From assembly GCA_963740355.1 (NCBI GenBank), contig CAVUDW010000004.1, positions 1 to 64,000 on the forward strand: 64,000 nt of DNA, written 5' to 3'. Each line of letters opens with the position of its first letter. Position 1 is the stretch's first letter. The position numbers and the translations under genes are program-made. Below are positions 29,376 to 38,892 of this stretch, piece after piece. Below the pieces are notes generated by a model, which was not told the origin of the DNA, did not search any database, and was given only the letters and a program-made list of their open reading frames with translations. The stretch is from an uncultured Gemmatimonadaceae bacterium. GTDB lineage: Bacteria > Gemmatimonadota > Gemmatimonadetes > Gemmatimonadales > Gemmatimonadaceae.

Positions 29376-30605
29376 ATGCACGTCACCGTCGACTCCGAAA
29401 TCGGTCCGCTCCGCTCCGTTCTCGTCCATACGCCCGGACCCGAACTGCTGGCCGTCACGCCCAGCAATCGCGAGGACTATCTCTACGACGACATCATCGA
29501 CGTGGACATCGCGCAGCGCGAGCATCGGCGGTTCGTCGCGATCCTCGAGCGATTCGCCACGGTCTTTCATGTCCGTGACCTGCTGACGGAGACGATGGCC
29601 GTTCCCGAAGCCCGCGAACTGCTGCTGGCGGAGGTGATGAACGTGACGCCCTCCCAGCCGCTCGCCAAGGACATCGAGCAGATGAACGCGGCCCAGCTGG
29701 TCACGATGCTGATCGAGGGCCGTGAAGAGGCGCCTGGGCCCCTCGCTCGGCACCTCAACGAGTCGAGCTACTCGTTGCCGCCGCTGCCGAATCTCTTCTT
29801 CACGCGTGACTCGGCCATGGTCGTGGGCCGGCACGTGCTGGTCGGATCGATGCGCTACGGCGTGCGGTGGGTGGAGGAGCTGATCATGAAAGTGCTCTTC
29901 ACCTACAACCCCAGGCTCGGCAACGCTGGCATCCTCTACGATGGTGCCAGCGAACGGCGTTTCAATCACACGCTCGAAGGTGGTGACGTTCACCCTGTGA
30001 GTGCCGACACCGTGATGATCGGATTCAGCGAGCGCTCCAGCCCCGCCGCAATCGACCATCTCGCATCGCTGATGTTTGCCGACACCGACATTCGCAACAT
30101 CATCGTGGTCGTGATGCCGGGTGAGAACACCGCGATTCATCTCGACATGGTGTTCACGCAAATCGATCGCGAGCAATGCGTGGTGTATCCGCCGTATTTC
30201 GTCGGGACCGAACGCCTGCCTGTGCTGCTCTGGCGCAAGGGCAGCGATGTCGTCACGGAACAGCCAAACGTGTTTGCGGCACTCGCCGAGTGCGGCCTGC
30301 CCATGACGCCCGTCTTCTGCGGCGGCGAACGGCGAATTCTGCAGGAGCGCGAACAGTGGGCAAGTGGATGCAACTTCGTTGCGCTGCGACCGGGTGTCAT
30401 TGCCAGTTATTCCCGCAATGAAGCCACACTTCGTTCGTTGGAGCTGGCGGGCTTTCGCGTCGTGCCGGCGATGGACTTTCTGGGCGGCGAAGCGAAGGTC
30501 GGTGAGACGGACAAGGTCGTGCTGACGTTTGAAGGAAGCGAACTGGTACGCGGCGGTGGTGGCCCGCGGTGCATGACGATGCCTCTCCTGCGCGATGGAC
30601 TCTGA
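29376..30605 (+). CDS. arcA: Arginine deiminase
   Basis: SEIGPLRSVLVHTPG, PLPNLFFTRD, LEGGD, HLD and SELVRGGGGPRCMTMP with the catalytic Cys. Confidence 0.9.
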   Translation: MHVTVDSEIGPLRSVLVHTPGPELLAVTPSNREDYLYDDIIDVDIAQREHRRFVAILERFATVFHVRDLLTETMAVPEARELLLAEVMNVTPSQPLAKDIEQMNAAQLVTMLIEGREEAPGPLARHLNESSYSLPPLPNLFFTRDSAMVVGRHVLVGSMRYGVRWVEELIMKVLFTYNPRLGNAGILYDGASERRFNHTLEGGDVHPVSADTVMIGFSERSSPAAIDHLASLMFADTDIRNIIVVVMPGENTAIHLDMVFTQIDREQCVVYPPYFVGTERLPVLLWRKGSDVVTEQPNVFAALAECGLPMTPVFCGGERRILQEREQWASGCNFVALRPGVIASYSRNEATLRSLELAGFRVVPAMDFLGGEAKVGETDKVVLTFEGSELVRGGGGPRCMTMPLLRDGL

Positions 30606-31575
30606 TTCCCTGATCGCTTCCCTCGGCGCGCGGCTCAAGCCGGCCGAGTCGACACTCACCGACATGGCCATTGCGCTGATCACGCGCGGGCCGATTGGGT
30701 CGCCGGAACTGGTGGCGCAAGTATGCCAGGCGATCGGCGTGCGTCGTTCGCTGGCCGAGAGCCTGGCGCGGTCGATTGTTGGCCACCGACCCGATGTGCG
30801 TCAGGGCCCGGACGGGCGGTGGCGCATCACGACCGAGACGGTGGCACGCCCGCGTCCGGTGGAGACATCGCGATCGGCTGACGCGCCACCGTCGGTGATG
30901 CTGACCCGAAACGACGCCGATGCGTTGCCGATTGCGTCACTGCGCTTCGCGGTGGTCGACGTCGAGACCACCGGTGGCCGACCTGGGCACGGCGACCGCA
31001 TCACCGAGATCGCAATCGTTCGGGTGCACGGCGGGCAGATCGTCGATGTCTTCGAGACGCTGGTCAATCCCGAGTGCCCCATCCCGCCGATGATCACGCA
31101 GATCACGCGCATCACGTCGGAGATGGTGCGCAACAAGCCCGTGTTCGGCTCGATCGCGCACGAGGTCGCAGAACGGCTCGCGGGGCACATCTTCGTTGCG
31201 CACAATGCGTCGTTCGATTGGCGCTTCGTCAGTCACGAGGTCTACCGCGGCACTGGCCAGGCCCTCGACGGCACGACGCTGTGCACGGTCCGACTGGCGC
31301 GAAAAGTCCTGCCCCAGCTCCCGCGGCGGAATCTCGACTCGGTTGCCAACCACTACGCCGTCAACATCCCAGCGGAGGCGCGTCATCGCGCTGCAGGCGA
31401 CGCCATCGCCACCGCCAAGATCCTGATTGCGATGCTCAGGGACGCCGCCGCCGATCGTGCGATCACCACGTGGGGCGCCCTCGAGGCATTCCAGCGCGGA
31501 GGCACCTCGCAACTGAAGCGTCGCCGGAAGCAGGCGTCGCCTTCGCCAGTGAAGGACGCCTCCGATGGTGCCTGA
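30595..31575 (+). CDS. DEDDh 3'-5' exonuclease (DnaQ/Pol III epsilon-like) with N-terminal extension
   Basis: VVDVETTG, AHNASFD and HRAAGDA exonuclease motifs I-III. Confidence 0.85.
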   Translation: MDSDSLIASLGARLKPAESTLTDMAIALITRGPIGSPELVAQVCQAIGVRRSLAESLARSIVGHRPDVRQGPDGRWRITTETVARPRPVETSRSADAPPSVMLTRNDADALPIASLRFAVVDVETTGGRPGHGDRITEIAIVRVHGGQIVDVFETLVNPECPIPPMITQITRITSEMVRNKPVFGSIAHEVAERLAGHIFVAHNASFDWRFVSHEVYRGTGQALDGTTLCTVRLARKVLPQLPRRNLDSVANHYAVNIPAEARHRAAGDAIATAKILIAMLRDAAADRAITTWGALEAFQRGGTSQLKRRRKQASPSPVKDASDGA

Positions 31576-31593
31576 CATCTTCTCTCCGTTGCC

Positions 31594-32487
31594 ATGACTT
31601 TCCCGACACCTCTGCTGCAGACCCGCGAGCTCGGCTCGCTGCGCATTCACGCGATTCAGGCCGGCGGCCAGCGCCTCGACGGCGGTGCCATGTTCGGCGT
31701 CGTGCCGAAGGTTCTCTGGCAACGAAAGATCGAAGCTGACGAACGGAATCGTATCCAGATGGGCATGCGCTGCCTGCTGGTGGAGCATCCGGACGGCCTC
31801 GTGCTGATCGACACTGGCGCGGGCAACAAGGAGGACCAGAAGTTCATCGACATCTATGGCATGGAGCTGCAGGCCGATGTGCCGGAGCAGCGTCCTGACG
31901 AGACCGCGCTCGAAGCCGGCATTCGGAGCGCGGGGTTCACGCCCGAGGACATCAAGGTCGTCATCAATACGCACCTGCATTTCGACCATGCCGGAGGCAA
32001 CACCCGCCGCAATGCTGATGGCGCCGTGGTTCCGACGTTTCCGAATGCGACGTACATCGTGCAGGCCGGCGAGTACGAGTGGGCGACGCATACCAATGAA
32101 CGCACCGCTGCCAGCTACTTCCCGCCGAACTTCGTGCCGCTGAAGGAGTCCGGCCAGCTACAGCTCATCGATGGCGATGTCGAGATCATGCGTGGAATCA
32201 CCGCGCGCAAGACGCCCGGCCACGTCCCACATCACCAGAGCCTGCTGCTCGAAAGCGGCAGCGACCGCGCGCTCTTCCTGGGCGACGTGATGCCGACCGT
32301 CAATCATGTCCCGATGGCGTGGATCATGGGCTACGATGTGGAGCCGCTTCGCACGCTGGAGAGCAAGCGGGCGTTGCTCCGCGAGGCCGCCGCTGAGAAT
32401 TGGCTGCTGATTTTCGAGCATGATGCGTTTCACGCATGGGGCAGCGTGACACCCGACGCGAAGGGTTACGCCTACATCGACCGGTAG
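31594..32487 (+). CDS. MBL-fold metallohydrolase (YtnP-like lactonase)
   Basis: LDGGAMFGVVPK, THLHFDHAGG, WIMGYD and FEHD. Confidence 0.88.
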   Translation: MTFPTPLLQTRELGSLRIHAIQAGGQRLDGGAMFGVVPKVLWQRKIEADERNRIQMGMRCLLVEHPDGLVLIDTGAGNKEDQKFIDIYGMELQADVPEQRPDETALEAGIRSAGFTPEDIKVVINTHLHFDHAGGNTRRNADGAVVPTFPNATYIVQAGEYEWATHTNERTAASYFPPNFVPLKESGQLQLIDGDVEIMRGITARKTPGHVPHHQSLLLESGSDRALFLGDVMPTVNHVPMAWIMGYDVEPLRTLESKRALLREAAAENWLLIFEHDAFHAWGSVTPDAKGYAYIDR

Positions 32488-32528
32488 GCGCACCCTCCAT
32501 TGCAGGGCGCTGCAGTCCTCGGCTGACC

Positions 32529-35507
32529 TCAGCGCGTGACGCGTGCGCTGAGGGAGCGGAGGACAGAGGGGAAGTAGGCCATCTGCTTCCGCTGGTCGGC
32601 CGTCGGTGGTCCGCCGCCGCGCAACACGTTCCCGTAGAGCGAGCCGACGCGATCCTGCAATTCCCGGATCGTCTTCTTCAACTCCGCATCCGTCCCCTTT
32701 GCCGCGTCGCTGCCGAGTTGCACGACCTGGCGGTAGACCCCGGCGATGGAGTCGGTCGCCGCGTACCATTGCGTACGCTGCAGCGTCGTCAGCGTCACGC
32801 GTGCGTCCTCCCGCACGAGCAACGGCTGTTCGCGACGCACACCACCCGCCGTCAGGCGTACCGTGTAGCGACCCGGCGCAACATATCGTCCCTGCGGTGC
32901 ACCACGCGGTGCGTCTTCGTCATCGTCGCTGCTGGCGGGGGCGCCGGGGAGTGACGGCAACCGCAGGTTCCAGACGACCCGGTTTGCGCCGGCGGAACGT
33001 GTGGTGCGCACCGACGAGACCTCTTTTCCGCTGGCATCGTGCACCGTGATCGACACCGAATCACTGATCGCCGCGGGGCTCAGCCAATAGTCGATGATCG
33101 CGCCATTTGGCGGGTTCTCGCCTCGGAAGATCATGTCGCCGGTATGCGCCTTGGTCGAGGCCAGTCGTCGCATCTCTGCCGGCTCCACCGTGAACAGGTG
33201 TGCGGCCGACTGCTCGATTGGTGCCGTGAATTCCTGCACCGCGTTCAGGTTGTCGAGGATCCAGATGCCACGCGCGTGTGTCGCCACCACCAGGTCGTTA
33301 TCGCGACCCTGCACGACGATGTCGTTGATTGGCATCCGTGGCATGCCGCGCATCTCGCGCCAGTTGGCGCCAGCGTCCGTCGACACGAAGAGGCCTTGCT
33401 CCGTGCCCAGGTACAGCACGCGTGCATTTCGTGGATCCTCGCGGATGACATGGATCACCCGGTTGGCAGGCAAGGTGGTCGCAATCGACGTCCACGTCGC
33501 GCCAAAATCCGCGCTCCGAAAGAGGTAGTTCGTGAAGTCGTCGTTCTGATGGCCATCGAACGCCGCGTACACGGTGCCAGCGGCGGTGCGTGATGCTTCG
33601 ACATGCGCCACCCAGGTGCCAGCCGGCACACCCGGAACATTGGCACGCACATTCTTCCAGGTACGACCAGCATCCTGCGAGAGCTGCAGGTTGCCGTCGT
33701 CGGTGCCAACCCACAGCACCCCTGCGCGCACCGGTGATTCGCTGATGCCAGTGGTGCTCGGGAAGTACGAGACGCCGTCATCCAGTGAAAGCGTCGTGTC
33801 CGTCGGCATCTGGCCCATGATGGCCAGCGTCCGACGATCGACGCCAGTGGTGAGGTCGCCGAGCGAGGTCCAGGTGTTGCCGCGATCGAGGGACTTCCAC
33901 ACTTCGCGCATGCCCGCATAGATCACATTACGATTGTGCGGCGAAATGATCACCGGCGAGTTCCAGCCAGCCGGGATGATCTTCTTCCCGACCCGAGGTT
34001 CGGGGGCGCCCCAGTTTCCAAGCTTGGGGCCTTCGCCCTCTTTCGGCGCCGGGCGGATCTGCACCGACTCGAGTGTTCGCAGGTTCACGCGAGTCAGGCC
34101 GAGGTACTGCGAACTCGAATACACCGTCGTGTTGTCGGTCGTGTCGATGACGTTGTTGAAGCCGTCGCCACCGCCGACACGGAACCAGTCCTCGTTCAGC
34201 GGCCCGGTGGAGGTGTAGGTCGACGACGGTCCGCACCAGCTACCGTTGTCCTGCAGGCCAGTGCAGATGAGGTACGGTGACGTCGTGCTGACACTGAGAT
34301 GGTATGGCTGCGACACCGGCAGCGACGTCACGTACAGCCACTTTACGCCACGGTCGTAGGAAATGCCGATCCCGCCGTCGTCGGCCTTGATGAGGTGACG
34401 TGAGTCACGCGGGTCAACCCACACCATGCGGTCGTCGCCGTGCAGCGTTTGGCGCGGGGATCGCCACGTCTTGCCGCTGTCGTCACTGACCGACCACTGC
34501 ATGGCGTACAGTCGGCTCTGATCGCTGGGATCGACACGCAGCTGGCTGGAATACGCAGGCCGCGGATTCCAGTCGCTCATGAATCGCCACGTCTCGCCTT
34601 TGTCCTCGGACCGATACACACCGCCGAGACGCTTGTCGTAGGAGATGCTGGACGTGTAGCGCAGTCCTTGCTCGACGCTGACATAGACGACGCGTGGGTC
34701 CTTGGCATAGATCGAGATCGAGATGCGACCGACGGTACCAGTTGGCAGGCCAGCGCTCAGCCGCGTCCATGTGGCGCCGGCATCAACGGACTTGAACAGT
34801 CCGCTGCCGGCACCGCCACCCACGAAGCCGAACGGCGTTCTGCGGTGCTGGTACAACGCGGCGTAGACGATCCTCGAATCCGTCGGATCAACGGCGACGT
34901 CGACCACGCCGGTGTTTTCATCGCGCTGCAGGATCGGCGACCAGGTCTTGCCACCATCAGTGGTCTTGAAGAGCCCGCGTTCAGCGTTCGGTCCCCACAG
35001 ATGTCCGGGTGATGCGACGTAGACGATGTCCGAATTGGCTGGGTCGACGACGATGCGCGAGATACGCGCCGTCGCACGAAGTCCCATGTTCGTCCAGGTC
35101 GCGCCACCGTCGGTGGACTTGTAGACGCCGTCACCCCAGCCGGAGCTCTGGCGGTTGGTGGCTTCGCCTGTGCCAAGCCACACGACCTGTGGATTGCGTT
35201 GGTCGACTGTCACGGTGCCGATGGAATTCACCGACTGGTTCTCGAACAGCGACTTCCAGGTGACGCCGTTGTCGCTGGTCTTCCACAGTCCGCCCGTGGC
35301 CGACGCCGCGTAGAACTCGTATGGGTTCGACTCATTCACGGCGACATCGGTGAATCGACCGCTCATGTTGGCAGGACCGATCGACCGCAACCGCAGGGTG
35401 CTGGCAGGATCTCCGGAGACGGAGCGTTGCGCACCCACCGATGCTGGGTTGGCGAGGCAGGTGAGGCCGAGCAGTGACGCGGCGACGAGACGAGTGCGGA
35501 GAGACAT
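32529..35507 (-). CDS. Secreted VPS10/BNR-repeat (sortilin-like) glycosyl hydrolase-family protein
   Basis: Signal peptide MSLRTRL; RSIGPANMSGR; many SxDxGxTW Asp-box repeats; C-terminal FlgD-Ig-like region. Confidence 0.82.
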   Translation of the reverse strand: MSLRTRLVAASLLGLTCLANPASVGAQRSVSGDPASTLRLRSIGPANMSGRFTDVAVNESNPYEFYAASATGGLWKTSDNGVTWKSLFENQSVNSIGTVTVDQRNPQVVWLGTGEATNRQSSGWGDGVYKSTDGGATWTNMGLRATARISRIVVDPANSDIVYVASPGHLWGPNAERGLFKTTDGGKTWSPILQRDENTGVVDVAVDPTDSRIVYAALYQHRRTPFGFVGGGAGSGLFKSVDAGATWTRLSAGLPTGTVGRISISIYAKDPRVVYVSVEQGLRYTSSISYDKRLGGVYRSEDKGETWRFMSDWNPRPAYSSQLRVDPSDQSRLYAMQWSVSDDSGKTWRSPRQTLHGDDRMVWVDPRDSRHLIKADDGGIGISYDRGVKWLYVTSLPVSQPYHLSVSTTSPYLICTGLQDNGSWCGPSSTYTSTGPLNEDWFRVGGGDGFNNVIDTTDNTTVYSSSQYLGLTRVNLRTLESVQIRPAPKEGEGPKLGNWGAPEPRVGKKIIPAGWNSPVIISPHNRNVIYAGMREVWKSLDRGNTWTSLGDLTTGVDRRTLAIMGQMPTDTTLSLDDGVSYFPSTTGISESPVRAGVLWVGTDDGNLQLSQDAGRTWKNVRANVPGVPAGTWVAHVEASRTAAGTVYAAFDGHQNDDFTNYLFRSADFGATWTSIATTLPANRVIHVIREDPRNARVLYLGTEQGLFVSTDAGANWREMRGMPRMPINDIVVQGRDNDLVVATHARGIWILDNLNAVQEFTAPIEQSAAHLFTVEPAEMRRLASTKAHTGDMIFRGENPPNGAIIDYWLSPAAISDSVSITVHDASGKEVSSVRTTRSAGANRVVWNLRLPSLPGAPASSDDDEDAPRGAPQGRYVAPGRYTVRLTAGGVRREQPLLVREDARVTLTTLQRTQWYAATDSIAGVYRQVVQLGSDAAKGTDAELKKTIRELQDRVGSLYGNVLRGGGPPTADQRKQMAYFPSVLRSLSARVTR

Positions 35508-35636
35508 CGATGGCAGGGCAGGAGGGCAGTGGCGTGCTCTCGAAGGACGCCCGCAAAGTGCGGCATGTCCAGTCGTGCACAGTACGCGTCGGCGATGCCC
35601 CTCGCTGCGTGGCCCGCGCCCGACTACCGTGCTCGG

Positions 35637-37022
35637 ATGCCCCCAACCACACCTCCGCCAGTCGTCGCGCCATCCGAGGCCGGCTACGCACGGCAACTCG
35701 GGTTGTTCTCCGCCACCATGCTGGTGGTCGGCGGCATCATCGGTGCCGGCATCTTCCTCAATCCCGCGATCGTGGCACAGCGAGTGGGCACCGGTGCGGC
35801 CACGATGGCCACCTGGGGACTTGGTGCGCTGATCGCCATCGTGGGTTCGTTCGTCTTCGCCGAGCTTGGCGCGCGCGCGCCACGGGCCGGCGGTGGCTAC
35901 GTGTACCTCCGCGACGCCTTCGGTCGCTTTCCGGCCTTTCTGTATGGCTGGGCGCTGTTCCTGATGATTTCGACCGGTGCGATTGCGGCTGTTGCAATGA
36001 CGTTCGCGAACTACGCCATGGCGTTCGCGGGGATTGGCAGCACCTGGGCGACGCCGATTGCCGTCACAGCGATCATCGCGCTCACACTCGTCAACATCGT
36101 TGGCGTCGCCCCCGGTGCCATCACGCAGAATGTGGCGACGGTGTTGAAACTGGCCGCGATCGTGTTCCTCGTCGTCGTGGCCTTCATCGCGCCTGACGCA
36201 GCGACGCAATCCGTCGCCGCAGCCGCAGCGCCGCCGCTGGTCGTGCCGTCCGGTGCCCTGCAGTGGATCCTGGCCGTCGGCGCGGCCCTCGTGCCGGTGC
36301 TCTTCGCGTTTGGTGGGTGGCAGCAGACCAACTTCATCGCCGAAGAACTGCGCGACGCGAAACGTGACCTGCCACGCGCGCTGATTCTCGGTGTGCTGAT
36401 CGTCGTGGCTGCCTACCTGCTGGTGAATCTCTCCTACCTTCGCGCGCTCGGTGTCGCGGGGCTCGCGGCCAGTCATGCGCCAGCGGCCGAAACCGTCGGC
36501 GCCTACCTCGGTAACCGAGGTCGGGCGGTGATCGGTGCTGGAATCATGATCTCCACGTTCGGCTTTCTAAACCTCGTGATTCTCGTCACGCCGCGCGTCT
36601 ACCAGGCGATGGCAGCCGATGGTGTGTTCTTCGCGCAGATGGCCAAGGTCGACCCTCGCACGCGTACGCCCATCGCGGCGCTTGTCGGACAGGCCGTGTG
36701 GGCGATCGTGCTCCTGTTCTCGGGCAGCTATGGCCAACTGCTCGACTATGTGGTGTTTGCAGACTGGGTGTTCTTCGGTGCGACTGCGGCGGCACTGTTC
36801 GTCTACCGCGCTCGCGAGGCGCGTGGCGAAATTCCGCGTGTCGACGTGCGCGCGATCGGCCACCCGGTGACGACCGCGCTGTTCCTGCTGGCGGCCGGAT
36901 ACGTCATCATCGGCTCGATCATCTCGAATCCAGTGAATGCCCTCAAGGGCAGCTTGCTGCTGGCGCTGGGATGGCCTGCATATCTCTGGTGGCGTCGGCG
37001 TGCCTCGATCACGAGTGCCTGA
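35637..37022 (+). CDS. APC family amino acid permease (LAT/SteT-like)
   Basis: GGIIGAGIF, FAELGAR.PRAGGGYVY, FAFGGWQ and AEELRD; about 12 TM segments. Confidence 0.9.
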   Translation: MPPTTPPPVVAPSEAGYARQLGLFSATMLVVGGIIGAGIFLNPAIVAQRVGTGAATMATWGLGALIAIVGSFVFAELGARAPRAGGGYVYLRDAFGRFPAFLYGWALFLMISTGAIAAVAMTFANYAMAFAGIGSTWATPIAVTAIIALTLVNIVGVAPGAITQNVATVLKLAAIVFLVVVAFIAPDAATQSVAAAAAPPLVVPSGALQWILAVGAALVPVLFAFGGWQQTNFIAEELRDAKRDLPRALILGVLIVVAAYLLVNLSYLRALGVAGLAASHAPAAETVGAYLGNRGRAVIGAGIMISTFGFLNLVILVTPRVYQAMAADGVFFAQMAKVDPRTRTPIAALVGQAVWAIVLLFSGSYGQLLDYVVFADWVFFGATAAALFVYRAREARGEIPRVDVRAIGHPVTTALFLLAAGYVIIGSIISNPVNALKGSLLLALGWPAYLWWRRRASITSA

Positions 37023-37034
37023 CTGGAAACAGCA

Positions 37035-37064
37035 AAGGGAGCGCCTGATGACTGGCGCTCCCTT
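37035..37064. terminator. Intrinsic terminator between convergent genes
   Basis: AAGGGAGCGCC-8 nt-GGCGCTCCCTT; a T-rich tail follows on the minus strand. Confidence 0.75.
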
Positions 37065-37071
37065 CGACTTC

Positions 37072-37115
37072 TCGCTTCAGATCACTTCACATCGCTTCAG
37101 ATCACTTCACATCGC
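37072..37115. repeat. Perfect 20-bp tandem duplication
   Basis: TCGCTTCAGATCACTTCACA twice, followed by TCGC. Confidence 0.9.
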
Positions 37116-37125
37116 GTCCTGAATC

Positions 37126-37863
37126 CTAGAGGTGCAGCCCGATCGAGAAGCTGAAGTATTCGACGTCATTGAAGAAGTGAAAACGTCCTTCGGCGAACGG
37201 CTTGAAGCGCGTGTTCCGGAAGTTGAAACCAAGTCCGAGGTTCTGGCCGAAGTCGGTCTGGCTTTCATCCGTGGCTGGCTCGGGCAACGACTGGCGCTGG
37301 CGATACAGGCCGATGCCGCCGGTGGCGAAGAACGGCGACTTGCCGCCATTGCCAGACGGGAAATCATAGACCGCTGCGCCCGTCAGCTGAATGAGGCTGA
37401 ACGAAGGCGTCACCAGCTCGTTCTTACCGCCGAAGCGTGCGTATTGCAGGTCGCCGCGCAGGCCGACTGGAAACCCTGCTGGCCGGCCTTCGAGAAATGC
37501 GCCGCCATTGAAGCCAACACTGAAGGCCTTGCCCAGTGAGCTCATTGGTGCGGCCACACCACCAACGATGCCGAAGCGTGCCTTGTCACCCGTGGGATCG
37601 GCCTTCGGTGCGCGCTCTTCGACGGGTGCGGCCTTGGCTGGTGCGGGCGTTGGCGTCGGTGCCGGTGCGGGCGTCGCCGCAGGCGTTGGCGCTGGCGTGC
37701 TTGCGGCCGGACGTGTCGTGGCCGTCGTCGGTGCTGGCGCGGTCGCGCGACCACTCACTGACGTCGCCGGCGTCGACTTCTTCTGTTGTGCATTCGCTCC
37801 TGCCGCAATCACGAATGACAGCGCGGACAGCGTGAGCGTCGGCAGTACGAAACGGTTCTTCAA
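37126..37863 (-). CDS. Outer-membrane beta-barrel protein with a Pro/Ala/Thr-rich N-terminal linker
   Basis: TTG start, signal peptide, TPAPTPAATPAPAP linker and amphipathic strands ending FSFSIGLHL. Confidence 0.75.
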   Translation of the reverse strand: MKNRFVLPTLTLSALSFVIAAGANAQQKKSTPATSVSGRATAPAPTTATTRPAASTPAPTPAATPAPAPTPTPAPAKAAPVEERAPKADPTGDKARFGIVGGVAAPMSSLGKAFSVGFNGGAFLEGRPAGFPVGLRGDLQYARFGGKNELVTPSFSLIQLTGAAVYDFPSGNGGKSPFFATGGIGLYRQRQSLPEPATDESQTDFGQNLGLGFNFRNTRFKPFAEGRFHFFNDVEYFSFSIGLHL

Positions 37864-38028
37864 CTTGCTTCTCCTTCAGACGTAGTAGGTGCGTTGAACG
37901 CCGGCTGATGCGACAGTCCTGCGATGCGATGGCAACGCAAACTCCGCGCCGAGCGGTACACGACACGATCCGAAGAAAAGGACGAGTGACGCGAGCGGGC
38001 GTAACTCGTCAAGAACGAAGCAACGTGC

Positions 38029-38892
38029 TCAGCGCGCGCCGTGCAGCATGGCGCCAAGTGCGGTGCCATAGCCCGCATTCTGGGGGAGAATCAGCTGCAT
38101 GCCGTAGTACACGCCGACCTGCTCGAGCACGCGTCGGAAGCTTGGCATGTCGGCCATGTGCCCGATCACGACCACCTGCTCGACACGCTCGGCGCGAGCC
38201 GCATTGATCGCCGTGATGGCAATCACCTGGCCGATCAGCGTCAACAGGGCGGCAGCCAGGTCATCAGGCTGCGACAACTGTTCCTGGCGTGCAAGTCGCC
38301 CGAAGTTCACCGCCGTGGCATCCGGCGGGAGCGATCCGATCGGACCGCTGACGACGTCACGCAGGGCGAGGTCCACCGAGTTGGTGTCGCCGCGCAGCGC
38401 CATTGCATCGATCGCGGTGACATCGGTTGTACCGAGCAGCAAGCGACTCAGTCCGAGCAGCGTGCCACCGCCAACACCGGTGCCCGTGACATGGGCGTAC
38501 GACGACCCGCGTGCCGACACCACGGCGGTGCCTGATCCGGCGCTGACCACGAGGATCGGGGTGCTGGGATCTGCATCCTCCGACAGCGCGAGCGCCTGCC
38601 CACCGCGTCCGATCGCCGTGACTTCCGGCACACCGACGACGGTGCACGCACCGAGCGACGCCGGCAGCGTCTTGTGTCGTCCCCCGGTTACCGCGATGTG
38701 CGGCAGCGCAGCGAGATCGACACCGCCGAATGCGAGCACCTCGCGCACGACGTCGTGATCAGGCGCGGCGTAGGATGGGCGAGTCCAGAACTGCAGTGTC
38801 CCGTCGACGCGTGCGACGGCGTCGGTGTTGCTGATGCCGAAGTCGATGGCCGCCTGTGGTGCATGCGTTTGCTGCCCGGAAGTCTTCATCAC
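38029..38892 (-). CDS. Type II pantothenate kinase-like (Fumble/ASKHA) protein
   Basis: VSAGSGT, GTGVGGGTLLGLSRLL, GDTNSVDL, DATAVNFG and ALGA resemble CoaW/PanK-II. Confidence 0.75.
   Translation of the reverse strand: MMKTSGQQTHAPQAAIDFGISNTDAVARVDGTLQFWTRPSYAAPDHDVVREVLAFGGVDLAALPHIAVTGGRHKTLPASLGACTVVGVPEVTAIGRGGQALALSEDADPSTPILVVSAGSGTAVVSARGSSYAHVTGTGVGGGTLLGLSRLLLGTTDVTAIDAMALRGDTNSVDLALRDVVSGPIGSLPPDATAVNFGRLARQEQLSQPDDLAAALLTLIGQVIAITAINAARAERVEQVVVIGHMADMPSFRRVLEQVGVYYGMQLILPQNAGYGTALGAMLHGAR

Noticed and set aside
30595..32487. Exonuclease plus MBL hydrolase as an anti-phage system
   Set aside because: Both resemble housekeeping families (DnaQ-like, YtnP-like), have host-like composition and have no defence-associated neighbours.
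35508..36476. 1315-aa version of the VPS10 ORF
   Set aside because: The N-terminal 323 aa are the antisense shadow of the APC permease; the real start is the signal peptide at 35507.
37072..37115. Possible mini-CRISPR
   Set aside because: The repeats are adjacent with no spacer, and there are no cas genes in the window.
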